Sequence record: SRR2962707_945
DNA: 58,599 nt
Reading direction: 5' to 3' (one strand)
The notes under the pieces were generated by a model. The model worked only from the letters and a program-made list of their open reading frames with translations, did not search any database and was not told where the DNA came from. Shown here one piece after another: positions 1 to 9,565 of this stretch (positions within the stretch are counted from its first letter, which is position 1; the number at the start of each line of letters is the position of its first letter). The position numbers and the translations under genes were made by a program.

Positions 1-1026
1 ACCCAAGACGTCGCGCGGCTCGAGGCGGAACTGGCCGCGCAAGATGCTGAAATTCTGGCCTTCCGGCAGCAAAATTCAAACAGCTTGCCCGATAGCCTCG
101 CCTTTCGACACAGCCAACAAACCACCAGCCAAGAACGTCTGTTGCAGGTCGAAAAGCAAATCGGAAACCTGCAAGACCGCCGGGCCAAGGCGCAACGTCA
201 CCAGAAAATCCTTGCCGCAGCGGCCAGCAAGGGTTCCCAGTCGAACGAGGCAATGCAACTGGCCCAGCTTGAGGAAGATCTAGCGACGCAATCCACCTTG
301 TTTTCCCCCGACAATCCACGGGTTAAGATATTGCGTTCTCAGGTGAAGGGGCTTCATCAGCGATTGGAAACTGCGGATGACACCGCAGCCATCCCCGATC
401 CGTTAACCGGTTACGAAATTGAACGCGCCGAGGTCGACGCCGATTTGGCCGAGCTGGCGGCCCGCAAAACCCGCATACTGGCCTCAATGGCGGGGCTTGC
501 GACGTCGATCCAAGCAACGCCCTCCAACGCAATCACCCTTGGCAATCTGGAACGCGCGCAGGCCAACACGCGCCTACAACATGATCAGGCGATCGCCAAC
601 AAGGTCCGGGCGCAAACCGGCAAGACGATCGAGACCCTGCGCCAAGGGCAGCATATTTCATTGTTCGAGGCCGCCGTGCCGCCCCTGAACCCCAAAGGCC
701 CAAGCCGGACGATGGCCCATGCCGCGGGCCTTGCGTTTGGGCTGTTTGCCGGGCTTGTTTTTGTGTTTCTCGGGGATCATCTCAGCAAACGCATTCGCCA
801 CCCGGCAGATATCAGCGGGGCATTGGGTATCACGCCGTTTGCGACGCTCCCCTATCAACATACCCGCGCCGAAAAACAGCGCCGGCGCAAGCTGGCTGTT
901 GCAGCGACGGTGATGCTTTTGGCCGGGGTGCCCGCCGGGCTTTGGGCGATCAAAACCTACTATGGCAGTGCCTCAACCGGCAGCAACGCACATGTCGTCG
1001 CAGCCCTGCCCAAGCCACAAGGATAA
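1..1026 (+). CDS. Polysaccharide co-polymerase / chain-length determinant (GumC/Wzc N-terminal part), 5'-truncated by the window
   Basis: Frame is open from base 1 (TQDVARLEAELAAQ...). Coiled-coil periplasmic region, 'PDNPRV' and 'AAVPPLNPKGPSR' followed by a TM helix and 'GITPFATLPY'; adjacent to a CpsD-type kinase. Confidence 0.85.
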   Translation, partial: TQDVARLEAELAAQDAEILAFRQQNSNSLPDSLAFRHSQQTTSQERLLQVEKQIGNLQDRRAKAQRHQKILAAAASKGSQSNEAMQLAQLEEDLATQSTLFSPDNPRVKILRSQVKGLHQRLETADDTAAIPDPLTGYEIERAEVDADLAELAARKTRILASMAGLATSIQATPSNAITLGNLERAQANTRLQHDQAIANKVRAQTGKTIETLRQGQHISLFEAAVPPLNPKGPSRTMAHAAGLAFGLFAGLVFVFLGDHLSKRIRHPADISGALGITPFATLPYQHTRAEKQRRRKLAVAATVMLLAGVPAGLWAIKTYYGSASTGSNAHVVAALPKPQG

Positions 1027-1034
1027 CCCGCAAG

Positions 1035-1838
1035 GTGACTGTTTCGCGCCCCGTACCTGACCCGCCAAGGGCCCCCACAAATCCGCGGCTCAAGCCCATT
1101 CCGTCGGTACAGGAGACCCGCGCCTTTCATGCCGCTTGGGATGCGCTTCGTCCTTGCACGCTCGACCCCGATCATCTGTCATCAAACCGCGTTTTCGCCC
1201 ATGGTTCGGGCATTGATGCGATGCCCTACGACATGCTGCGCACCCGCCTGATCCGACACATGCGCGCAAACGGGTGGCGGCGGGTCGCGATCACCTCTCC
1301 CACGGCGGAATGCGGCAAAAGCACCGTCGCGCTGAACCTCGCGCTTAGCCTGCAGCGCCTGCGCGATTGCCATAGTATTGTGTTGGAAATGGACATGCGC
1401 CGCCCGTCCCTCGCCGATATGCTGGGCACCGCCCCGCCCGTTGATCTGGCACATTTTCTGCGCGGGGACCGGCCGTTTGGTTCGGCCGCGCTGCGTGTCG
1501 GGGACAATCTGGCCATCGCAACCAACAACGTCCCCGCCCCCGACGCAGCGCCGATCTTAGCCAGCCGCTACCTGCCCCTTGCCCTTGGTGATATCCAGAA
1601 AACCTATGCCCCCGATATCATGATCCTTGATACCCCGCCCATGCTGCAAAGCCATGATATGATGGCAATCGCCAGCCACGTTGATTGCGTTCTGATCGTC
1701 GCCGCGGCGGAGGTGACAACAACCAAAGAGATTGACCAATGCGAACGTGAATTATCGGGTCAGGCCGAAGTGCTGGGGGTAATCTTGAACAAATGCCGCC
1801 ATCAGGGGGCCGGCATCGGCTATGGCGGGTATGATTAA
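1035..1838 (+). CDS. CpsD/CapB-family (BY-kinase) tyrosine-protein kinase
   Basis: Walker A 'ITSPTAECGKS', A' 'LEMDMRRP', B 'ILDTPP', C-terminal 'GYGGYD'. GTG at 1035 chosen because it follows the upstream stop; ORF track starts at 942. Confidence 0.88.
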   Translation: MTVSRPVPDPPRAPTNPRLKPIPSVQETRAFHAAWDALRPCTLDPDHLSSNRVFAHGSGIDAMPYDMLRTRLIRHMRANGWRRVAITSPTAECGKSTVALNLALSLQRLRDCHSIVLEMDMRRPSLADMLGTAPPVDLAHFLRGDRPFGSAALRVGDNLAIATNNVPAPDAAPILASRYLPLALGDIQKTYAPDIMILDTPPMLQSHDMMAIASHVDCVLIVAAAEVTTTKEIDQCERELSGQAEVLGVILNKCRHQGAGIGYGGYD

Positions 1839-1985
1839 CCAAACCCCGATGGCCAAACTGCCCAATCGTTAGGCCATCCGCCCCAAACAAGCACGCAGAA
1901 CCCCGCGCGATCCCTTTGAAAGCCTTTGCTTTTTGTAGTGGCTGGTTCAAAATCATCGGGCAGTCCAATAATTAGGCAGCCTTTC

Positions 1986-3737
1986 ATGGTCGAGAAAACA
2001 CCGCCCCTTAGCGTGAAAATCGCGCGGATCGTTCAGGACATCTATCCCGATCAAGACGCCAATGTTCTTGCCAGTTTGATCGTCGATGCCTTTTGGCCCG
2101 CACAGGCCCCCCGCCGCAAACGGGGCCGTTTCCCCGGCAACAATCTGTGGTCCGAGAAAGACGCGCTGATCATCACCTACGGCAATTCAATTGTCGACGG
2201 CGCGTACAAGCCATTGGATTTGCTCCATGATTTCCTCCTGCGCTATCTCAAGGGGGCGGTAAACAGCGTCCATATCCTGCCGTTTTTCCCCTATACGTCT
2301 GATGACGGTTTTGCTGTGTCCGATTTCAGATCGGTGCACCCGCAATTGGGCGATTGGCCTGACATTAACCGTATCGCCAAAGACTTCTCGCTGATGTCGG
2401 ATTTGGTGCTGAACCATGTGTCGAGCCAAAGCAATTGGTTCAACGCCTACCGTCAGGGCCAAGCGCCTTATGACCGGTTCTTTTTCGAGGCCGACCCAAC
2501 CGACGATCTCAGCATGGTGGTGCGCCCCCGCACGACCCCGCTGCTGCAAGAGATCGAAACCACCAACGGCCCGCGCCATGTCTGGTGTACCTTCAGCCAT
2601 GATCAGGTCGATCTTGATTTCCGCAACCCCGAGGTTTTGCTTGAATTTCTGCGGATCATCCGGCTGCATGTCGACAACGGCGTGCAGATCATTCGCCTTG
2701 ATGCTGTCGCCTTTGTCTGGAAGGTCGTCGGCAGCCCCTCGGTGCATCTGCCCCAGACCCACGCGATCATCAAATTGATGCGCCTGCTGTGTGATTATAC
2801 GCCCGAAAAGATCATTCTGCTGACCGAAACCAACGTCCCCAAGGGCGAAAACCTAAGCTATTTTGGCCAGCGGGACGAAGCGCATGCGATTTACAACTTC
2901 CCGCTCCCGCCATTGATTTTGCACGCGATGATGTCGGGATCTGCCCAGTACTTGCGCAAATGGCAGCGCGCCATGCCCCCTGCCCCGCTGGGCTGTGCGT
3001 ATCTAAATTTCACCGCCAGCCATGACGGCATCGGGATGCGCCCCGCCGAAGGGCTGTTGCCCGAGGACGAGAAAGAAAAGGTCATTCAAACAGTGCGTGA
3101 ACTGGGCGGGCTGGTGTCCATGCGCGCCCTGCCCGATGGCGGGCAATCCCCCTACGAGCTGAACACCACATTCTACGACGCAATGAGCCGCACCTTCAAA
3201 GGCACCGACGCCCATCATTTCGACCGGTTTATCTGTTCGCAAACCATCGTCATGTCCCTCGAAGGGATCCCCGCGTACTACATCCATTCGCTGCTCGCCA
3301 CCTCCAACGACCACACAGGCGTTGAACATCGGGGCATGAACCGCGCCATCAACCGCCACCGCTGGGATTACCCCAGCCTTCAGACATTGCTTGCCGATCC
3401 GACCAGCCCGCAGGCCGCCGTGATGGCTGCCCTGACCGAACGGCTGCAGCTGCGCGCGCGCCAAACTGCCTTTCACCCCAATGCGACGCAATTCACCGTT
3501 AACCTTGAAGACGCGCGGATTTTTGCGCTGTGGCGGCAAAGTCTGGACCGGCGGCAATCGATCTTTGCCCTGCATAATGTCAGCGATGAAACCGTCACCA
3601 TCGCCGCAACGGCCCTCAACATGATCGAAGACGAAACATGGGTTGATCTGCTGTCAGATGACACCATCCACCCCGAGGTCGAACCGATATCGCTGGCCCC
3701 CTACCAGTGCCGCTGGATCACCAACCACCCTAGCTAA
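1986..3737 (+). CDS. GH13_18 sugar phosphorylase, probably glucosylglycerate phosphorylase
   Basis: 'HILPFFPYTSDDGF', 'DLVLNH', nucleophile 'RLDAV', acid/base 'TETN', 'SHDGIG', 'YELN'; clustered with GpgS-like and HAD-IIB genes. ATG at 1986. Confidence 0.85.
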   Translation: MVEKTPPLSVKIARIVQDIYPDQDANVLASLIVDAFWPAQAPRRKRGRFPGNNLWSEKDALIITYGNSIVDGAYKPLDLLHDFLLRYLKGAVNSVHILPFFPYTSDDGFAVSDFRSVHPQLGDWPDINRIAKDFSLMSDLVLNHVSSQSNWFNAYRQGQAPYDRFFFEADPTDDLSMVVRPRTTPLLQEIETTNGPRHVWCTFSHDQVDLDFRNPEVLLEFLRIIRLHVDNGVQIIRLDAVAFVWKVVGSPSVHLPQTHAIIKLMRLLCDYTPEKIILLTETNVPKGENLSYFGQRDEAHAIYNFPLPPLILHAMMSGSAQYLRKWQRAMPPAPLGCAYLNFTASHDGIGMRPAEGLLPEDEKEKVIQTVRELGGLVSMRALPDGGQSPYELNTTFYDAMSRTFKGTDAHHFDRFICSQTIVMSLEGIPAYYIHSLLATSNDHTGVEHRGMNRAINRHRWDYPSLQTLLADPTSPQAAVMAALTERLQLRARQTAFHPNATQFTVNLEDARIFALWRQSLDRRQSIFALHNVSDETVTIAATALNMIEDETWVDLLSDDTIHPEVEPISLAPYQCRWITNHPS

Positions 3738-4950
3738 ATTCAGCCTCATCCGCCGCCGCGGCTGCGTGCAAATCGGCCAGAAACCCCGGATCGGCCGAAT
3801 GCACCCGGTTCCACGTCGGGATAAACGGCGTCTCGTGGGGGTTCTCCAGGAAAAAGCTGCCCGCGCGCATGATGTTATCCGCGAACAATTCGATGGCTTG
3901 TTCTTCTTTGTGGCGGTCGATCGTCAACCCGTTCATCACCGCATCCGCGTGATATGCCTCCAGCAGGTCCAGTGCGGTGCGGTAATATGTGGCCTTAAGG
4001 GTGCGGAAAACATTGTTGGTAAAGATGGTCCCATCCGCGGCAAGCTTGCGGAACATCGCCTTGCAAATATCGGTCGACATCCGGCTTAGACCTGCGGATG
4101 CATCCTCGGCAGACAGGTCTTGGTGTTTGTGATCATAGTTGTCGCAAATCTCGACCTGGCAGACCGCCTGAGGGGCAAGATTGCGCCACGCCTCGGACAA
4201 GACCCCGATCTCGAGCCCCCAATCGGACGGGATGCGAAGATCGGGTAAAATCCCCGTGCGCATCGCAAATTCCCCCGACAGCGGATATCGGAACGACCGT
4301 AGATAATCGATAAAGTCGCGATCCCCGACCACCTTTTTCAGCGCAATCAGCAACGGGCTGATCAGTAGCCGCGTCACCCGCCCGTTCAGATGGCCATTGC
4401 CCACCCGCGCATAATAACCCTTGGCCACCTGATAGGGAAAATGCGGATTCGCGACGGGGTAAATCAGCCGCGCGAGCAATTCGTTCGTGTAGGTCACGAT
4501 GTCACAATCATGCAGCGCCATCACCGAACTGTCCTGACACGACATCAGATACCCCAACGCGGTCCAGACGTTTTTGCCCTTTCCCGGTTCGGTCGGTGCC
4601 AGCCCCAACGCATCAAGCCGCGCGCCCAGTTCCAGCATCCGCGGGCTGTCATTCCAGATCACGATATGGTTCTGGTTCAATCCCTCAAAGAACTTCTTGG
4701 CATGACGAAACTGCGCCTCGTCCGCGCGATCAAGGCCAATGATAATCCGGTGCAGATAGGTGACCTTGGACAGTTCGGCCAAGATGTTTGGCATCGCATC
4801 GGTTTCAAGCTCGGAATACAGACATGGCAAAATCAACGTCATCTTGCGTGTCTGCGCGAATGTCTCAAGCTCGTAGGTCAGTTCCTGCAACGAACGGGTG
4901 CGCAGATTATGCAGCGTCGCGATGTTACCGTTTTGATGAAAATCTGACAT
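3730..4950 (-). CDS. gpgS: Glucosyl-3-phosphoglycerate synthase-like glycosyltransferase
   Basis: 'MSDFHQNG', 'GKGKNVW', DxD 'HDCD', 'NGRVTRL', 'YPLSGEF', 'DWGLEIG', 'YDHKHQ' motifs; synteny with phosphatase and phosphorylase. Confidence 0.82.
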   Translation of the reverse strand: MSDFHQNGNIATLHNLRTRSLQELTYELETFAQTRKMTLILPCLYSELETDAMPNILAELSKVTYLHRIIIGLDRADEAQFRHAKKFFEGLNQNHIVIWNDSPRMLELGARLDALGLAPTEPGKGKNVWTALGYLMSCQDSSVMALHDCDIVTYTNELLARLIYPVANPHFPYQVAKGYYARVGNGHLNGRVTRLLISPLLIALKKVVGDRDFIDYLRSFRYPLSGEFAMRTGILPDLRIPSDWGLEIGVLSEAWRNLAPQAVCQVEICDNYDHKHQDLSAEDASAGLSRMSTDICKAMFRKLAADGTIFTNNVFRTLKATYYRTALDLLEAYHADAVMNGLTIDRHKEEQAIELFADNIMRAGSFFLENPHETPFIPTWNRVHSADPGFLADLHAAAAADEAEFS

Positions 4951-4962
4951 GTGTGATCGTTC

Positions 4963-5754
4963 CTATCTAAGCTTTAACTCTAAGAGTAGTTCGAGGATTG
5001 CTGCGTTCCAGCCCTGCGGTCCGGGCAATGTGGTGCGGATGATGCGGCTGGTTTCTTCGCCCGGCAGGCGGGGTAACGCGGAGCGGTGCAGGTTTGCCAC
5101 GATCACGCCGGTGTCTGCGGCTTGCAACATTTCAACGTCGTTCGGCGCATCACCCAAGGCGACGGTGTGCGATGGGTTGAATTCCGAGATCAAATCCGAC
5201 ATCCGGTCCGCCTTGGTTTGGCCGAAAGACAGGGTAAGAAACCTGCCGCCTTCGCGCGCCGTCACCCCCTGCCCCGACAGATAGTTTAAGAACTGATCAA
5301 GCTGGCGATCGCCCCCCCGCCACAGGCCCGGCTCGGAAAACGCGCGCTGTTTTGCCAGCGCCGCGTCATCCTCGCTCAGCCCAGTTGCGGCAGAAACCTC
5401 GGCAGCGGTCATATCTCCAAATCCGTCAAATCCGTTCCGCAGCGCTTCCGGTGCCTTGTTCAAAATCTCGCGCAGCGCATCATATTGTGCGGTGTCGCCC
5501 TGCCCTGCCCCGCTGACTGGCAACAGACCCGCGCCGTTCTCAACAATCGCGGGAAAATCCGACCAACCCAGGGCGTCGCGGATGCGTGCGATTTCGGGGC
5601 CGGTTTTACTGCTGGCCATAACCAACCCACCGCCACAAGCGCGCAAAGCACCCAATGCCGGCCGCGCTGCGGAAGCATCATATGTGGCGTGATCAATCAA
5701 CGTCCCGTCGAGGTCGGTAAATACTAAAATCGGGATCGCGGGTATTACTGACAT
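4963..5754 (-). CDS. HAD-IIB mannosyl/glucosyl-3-phosphoglycerate phosphatase (MpgP/GpgP/YedP-like)
   Basis: 'FTDLDGTL', 'SSKT', 'ENGA', 'ALGDAPND', 'GPQGW'; 12 bp upstream of gpgS. ATG at 5754 chosen. Confidence 0.87.
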   Translation of the reverse strand: MSVIPAIPILVFTDLDGTLIDHATYDASAARPALGALRACGGGLVMASSKTGPEIARIRDALGWSDFPAIVENGAGLLPVSGAGQGDTAQYDALREILNKAPEALRNGFDGFGDMTAAEVSAATGLSEDDAALAKQRAFSEPGLWRGGDRQLDQFLNYLSGQGVTAREGGRFLTLSFGQTKADRMSDLISEFNPSHTVALGDAPNDVEMLQAADTGVIVANLHRSALPRLPGEETSRIIRTTLPGPQGWNAAILELLLELKLR

Positions 5755-6044
5755 AGGTAATTGTTGCCGCGCGGGATGCAGAGGTACAACAGTCAAAGCA
5801 AGATTTTGAGGCCATCTAACAAGTGTTGCCTAGTTTTTGGGCGCTCGGATGGCGGCAAGTCTCAACACTCGAAGAACTCCACCAAATACAGCATTTAATA
5901 TTATAATTCAATTAGTTAGAGGAAATTCACGGCGATCTGCCCGCGGGTACGTCACCGCAATAGCGCTAACGGCGATATGGGCTCTAATTGGCAGGTTAGA
6001 GCCTATATCTGAGCTGGGCTGAAGTCGGCGCGGCACCCCTCCCC

Positions 6045-6089
6045 GGTTACCCATGGGTAACCATCAAGGCGGGTTACCCGCGGGTAACC
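6045..6089. repeat. Two 18-bp perfect palindromes, putative parS centromere sites
   Basis: GGTTACCCATGGGTAACC (6045-6062) and GGTTACCCGCGGGTAACC (6072-6089) directly downstream of parB; extra half-site GGTTACC at 6094-6100. Confidence 0.8.
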
Positions 6090-6095
6090 GTCTGG

Positions 6096-7160
6096 TTACC
6101 GAATACGCGGCCCGCCCTTTAATGCTTCCTCAAAGGCGCGGACCGCTTCTTCAAGCTGCTTCTTGGGCATCGTCGCAAAGTCGACTCCGCTGACCAGCCG
6201 GACTTCTCCTTGGCGCGCGGTCACCTTGGTTTCGCCAACAAAAAACTCGAACTTCTGCTTTGGCTCTGACCGGGGTTGTGCCTTGCCGCCCGCCTTGTGC
6301 GACCCGTCAATGAATTCCTTCAGCGCTACGTTTTGTGCGTCCGCAGACATACATCCAGACAGACGTTCACGCAGGCTTTCCGCTTGATCTGGCGACTGCA
6401 AGGCACGCGCAGCATCGACGCCCAAATTGCGTGAAACGGCCTTGGGCCACTTCAGGCTGTCGCCAAGCGCGCTAAGCAAAAACACAAAGCTTTTGATGTA
6501 GGATCGTTTGGTTTTATGCAGCGCGCTATACAGCTGACTGACCAGTTCCGCCGGATCCACCTCGGCCACGTTTTCATCTTTCGATGCGGTGATCGCGACC
6601 TGTGCCATCTCTGCAAAGGACAGATCTTCGCGCACAACGTTTTCTTCAACCATGTCCACATAACGCGAGATGCGATCATCGTTCCCGGATTCGATCCGAG
6701 CCGTGACTGTGCTGAAACGGTCATCTCTAGTTTCGGCAAAAAGTTGTGAAAGCGCAGTGAAGCGGCGCCAACCTTTTTTCAACTGATAGCGCCCGTTCGG
6801 CCCGACATAGACCTCGACCGGTTCGCGCTGGCCACGTTCGCGGATCGAGGATTTCAGCTCCTCCATCTCGTCGGACTGGGCGACCTCCTCGAGGGCAAGC
6901 CTGTCGCGCGGCAGATCATCGGTGAATATTTCGGCAAGGGGAATCTGGTACAGAACCCGCCCTTCCTCTTGGGCCTGACGGAATGTTTTGGCGTCATCGG
7001 CATTGCGGCGCCGCTGTTCGATCTTGGCCTCTGTCGCCTCTTGCAGGTTTTCGGCGACGTCGCGCACGGCAGCACCCATCGGGCCCGGTTCGCGGGTCCG
7101 GCGCTTGACCGGGGCGGTTGGCTCAACAGGTGCAAATCCGAATTTGTTTTTACCACTCAT
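6096..7160 (-). CDS. parB: Plasmid partitioning protein ParB
   Basis: ParB N-terminal domain 'LKSSIRERGQREPVEV...GWRRFTAL...EENVVREDLSFAE'; 4-bp overlap with parA. Confidence 0.92.
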   Translation of the reverse strand: MSGKNKFGFAPVEPTAPVKRRTREPGPMGAAVRDVAENLQEATEAKIEQRRRNADDAKTFRQAQEEGRVLYQIPLAEIFTDDLPRDRLALEEVAQSDEMEELKSSIRERGQREPVEVYVGPNGRYQLKKGWRRFTALSQLFAETRDDRFSTVTARIESGNDDRISRYVDMVEENVVREDLSFAEMAQVAITASKDENVAEVDPAELVSQLYSALHKTKRSYIKSFVFLLSALGDSLKWPKAVSRNLGVDAARALQSPDQAESLRERLSGCMSADAQNVALKEFIDGSHKAGGKAQPRSEPKQKFEFFVGETKVTARQGEVRLVSGVDFATMPKKQLEEAVRAFEEALKGGPRIR

Positions 7161-8467
7161 TCTGCGGCCTCCTTACGTTTACCGTTCGCGGTCCAAGCCT
7201 CAAGAACCGTGCCTAGAAATTCGTCATAGGCCCGATCGAAACTTTGCCGCGCGCGCTTCCACGTTTCGCGGGTCATCTGGCGATAGTCCTGTTCATAGAC
7301 CGACATCTGGAACCGCCCCGATTGTTCGACCGCGCGGGTCATTTCAATCGGGTGCGCACAGACATCCGCGCCAAAGACGTTTTTGAACGCATCCATCATC
7401 GCGCTGTGCAGGGGGTTGTTGGTTTCAAATCGGGTCATCAACAAACGGATGTCCGAGAATTGTTTAGGAAGTGTGATACCAGCGTCCGCGGCAATGGCGG
7501 AAAACCCGTCAGAGATATCGGCCAACGCATCGCCCAACTGACCCAGATAGCTGGTCGTGCTATCATATTCCCAATAGCCGGGGCCGGAGGGAATATAGAG
7601 AATGTCCGCCGCAAATGCCGCGTTCAACGATTGATAGCCGATGGCGGGCGGGCAGTCGAAAATGATGATGTCATATTGATCGTCCGGAAGTTCATCCAAG
7701 TAGCGCGCGACGCAGCCAAAAAAGCTCCAGGCTTTGTGGAGGGACCGGTACTGCGCGCTGGCAAATTCAACAAAGGCCGCGTTGGAGCAGGACGGGATAA
7801 TGTCGATCGTTGGCCAGCAGGTTTTCTGGATGAAGTCCTGAAACCGTTGGGCACCGATAGATTGCACATCTTCGGGCAATTCGTCGGCAGAAGGGTAGGG
7901 GCAGTCGTCGGGGTCGTCATAGCCTTCCATGATGCGGTTGGCCTCGCGGCACAGATCGCGGCACATGATGCCCCAAACGGTGTTGCCTTCATTCACTTCG
8001 GTGAGGCCCATGGAGTGTGTCAGGGTCGCCTGCGGGTCAAAGTCGACGCACAAGACGCGGTAGCCGTCTAGTGCTGCGGCATGGGCCAGATGTTGCGCCA
8101 CAACGGTTTTGCCGACGCCCCCCTTGAAGTTGGATACCGCCACGCGCATCGCACGGCCACGGGGGCGATCGGGCAACAGCTTGCGGCCTCTGAATTTGGC
8201 ACGGCGGCGCAGCTCGTTGATTTCCTCAAGGCTGAACCAACGTTGGCGGCCGTCTTCTTCGGTCAGGCCTTGGGGCAGGGTAGGGTCCTCGGCCAGTTTC
8301 TTGCGCAGGGTGTCGGCGGGAACGTCGAACATGAACTGGCTGATTTCCCAAATCGAGAAGGGGCGCAATGTCTTGATCTCTCCGGGGGAGAAGGTCGCGC
8401 GGCGCACGGCAGCCTGTTGTTCCAAGCTGCGCTCGTTCATGTTAAGAAGATCGTTGTGGTCTCTCAT
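7157..8467 (-). CDS. parA: Plasmid partitioning ATPase ParA (type Ia, N-terminal HTH extension)
   Basis: Deviant Walker A 'NFKGGVGKT', 'VDFDPQA', 'IFDCPP'. Confidence 0.93.
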   Translation of the reverse strand: MRDHNDLLNMNERSLEQQAAVRRATFSPGEIKTLRPFSIWEISQFMFDVPADTLRKKLAEDPTLPQGLTEEDGRQRWFSLEEINELRRRAKFRGRKLLPDRPRGRAMRVAVSNFKGGVGKTVVAQHLAHAAALDGYRVLCVDFDPQATLTHSMGLTEVNEGNTVWGIMCRDLCREANRIMEGYDDPDDCPYPSADELPEDVQSIGAQRFQDFIQKTCWPTIDIIPSCSNAAFVEFASAQYRSLHKAWSFFGCVARYLDELPDDQYDIIIFDCPPAIGYQSLNAAFAADILYIPSGPGYWEYDSTTSYLGQLGDALADISDGFSAIAADAGITLPKQFSDIRLLMTRFETNNPLHSAMMDAFKNVFGADVCAHPIEMTRAVEQSGRFQMSVYEQDYRQMTRETWKRARQSFDRAYDEFLGTVLEAWTANGKRKEAAE

Positions 8468-8610
8468 TTTTTCTACTCGCGTTTTTAAGCCTCGTATTCC
8501 AGATAACGCGATTTCGGCAATTTGGCAAAACCTAATTTTGGAAATCCCCGGGACTGCAAATAGGGGGATGTCGCATCAGCGGCTTATATTACAAAGGTCT
8601 GGGGGAATAT

Positions 8611-8740
8611 GGTGACAGATATGGGCTGTCCACGTTGCTTTTGGTGACAGCGGAGCGCCGATAAGGTGACAACTAGATGTCCCCCTTAACCTATTAACCT
8701 TAATCTATTTAGATTAATTGGTAAGAGAACCTTAAATCCT
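8611..8740. promoter_or_regulatory. Putative replication origin: GGTGACA repeats plus AT-rich tract
   Basis: GGTGACA at 8611, 8643 and 8665 (the last forming GGTGACA-N6-TGTCCCC), followed by an AT-rich run with TTAACCT repeats (8686-8740), between divergent parA and the initiator gene. Confidence 0.55.
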
Positions 8741-8859
8741 GTATTTTCCAGTGGGTTGACAGAAGACGGGATTTAGCGCTTTCTAAATACAGAAATGGAA
8801 TCGCCCGACAGAGGCGGCTATTGAGGCAAATATAGGTTTGGAAACGGGCGGGCAAAAGC

Positions 8860-9558
8860 GTGATAAACCCACAACGGCTTACGGGCCCTGAAGCGAGTGT
8901 TATCAAATACGATCTGTTGACGGCGCTAAGCGTCGCGGGATTGAACGGGACACCGACCTTGCAGATGTCATTGATGCGTTTGATCGCAGCAGTCACGGCA
9001 AGGTATAATTGGCGGATGGACGAACTGACGGTGGGCCAGCGCGATCTGGCACGCATGTGGTCGGTCAATGAACGCACCGTCAAGCGCGAGATCAAGCGGC
9101 TAACCGATACAGAAATTCTGATTTGCAAACGACGTGGGGTGCGGGGCAGGGTGGCCGCCTATCGGTTGAACTATTCCCAGATTGCCAAGCTGTCAGAGCA
9201 ATGCTGGCGGCTGGTTGGCCCCGACTTCGACGAACGCATGCGGGGGCGCTATCGCGAGGAGGCCCCGGTGAAGGTGGTGCAGTTGAGCGATTATTCCAAG
9301 CCGGCGGAGGATGACCTGCCCCAAAGTGGCCCCGGCACATGGCAGCGCGCGATGTCGCGGCTCGCCCAGGATAACGGCGATCAGTTTAAGGCGTGGTTTT
9401 CACAACTGCAGTTTATTGACTTTACGGCGGGGGTTCTGACCCTGCAGACCCCAAGCAAGTTTGCACAGCGCTATATTGAAACTCATCTGACGCGGCCCTT
9501 GCTTGCTGCTGTCGAGGCAGAGTTGGGCCCGGTGACCCGGCTGGCGTTCGAAAGCTAG
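8860..9558 (+). CDS. DnaA-like plasmid replication initiator (Rhodobacterales type)
   Basis: N-terminal winged helix ('QRDLARMWSVNERTVKREI') and C-terminal DnaA_N-like domain ('FKAWFSQL...LTLQTPSKFAQRYIETHL'); divergent from parAB. Confidence 0.85.
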   Translation: MINPQRLTGPEASVIKYDLLTALSVAGLNGTPTLQMSLMRLIAAVTARYNWRMDELTVGQRDLARMWSVNERTVKREIKRLTDTEILICKRRGVRGRVAAYRLNYSQIAKLSEQCWRLVGPDFDERMRGRYREEAPVKVVQLSDYSKPAEDDLPQSGPGTWQRAMSRLAQDNGDQFKAWFSQLQFIDFTAGVLTLQTPSKFAQRYIETHLTRPLLAAVEAELGPVTRLAFES

Positions 9559-9565
9559 AGACGGG

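Noticed and set aside
6045-6100. Palindromic repeats as a CRISPR array or terminator
   Set aside because: Only two full copies with a 9-bp spacer, no cas genes and no U-tract; parS fits better.
7244-8071. 275-aa plus-strand ORF
   Set aside because: Antisense shadow of parA with no motifs; expected in GC-rich coding DNA.
8686-8703. TTAA repeats as CtrA boxes
   Set aside because: Spacings do not fit TTAA-N7-TTAA; the pair at 10037-10050 is also N6.
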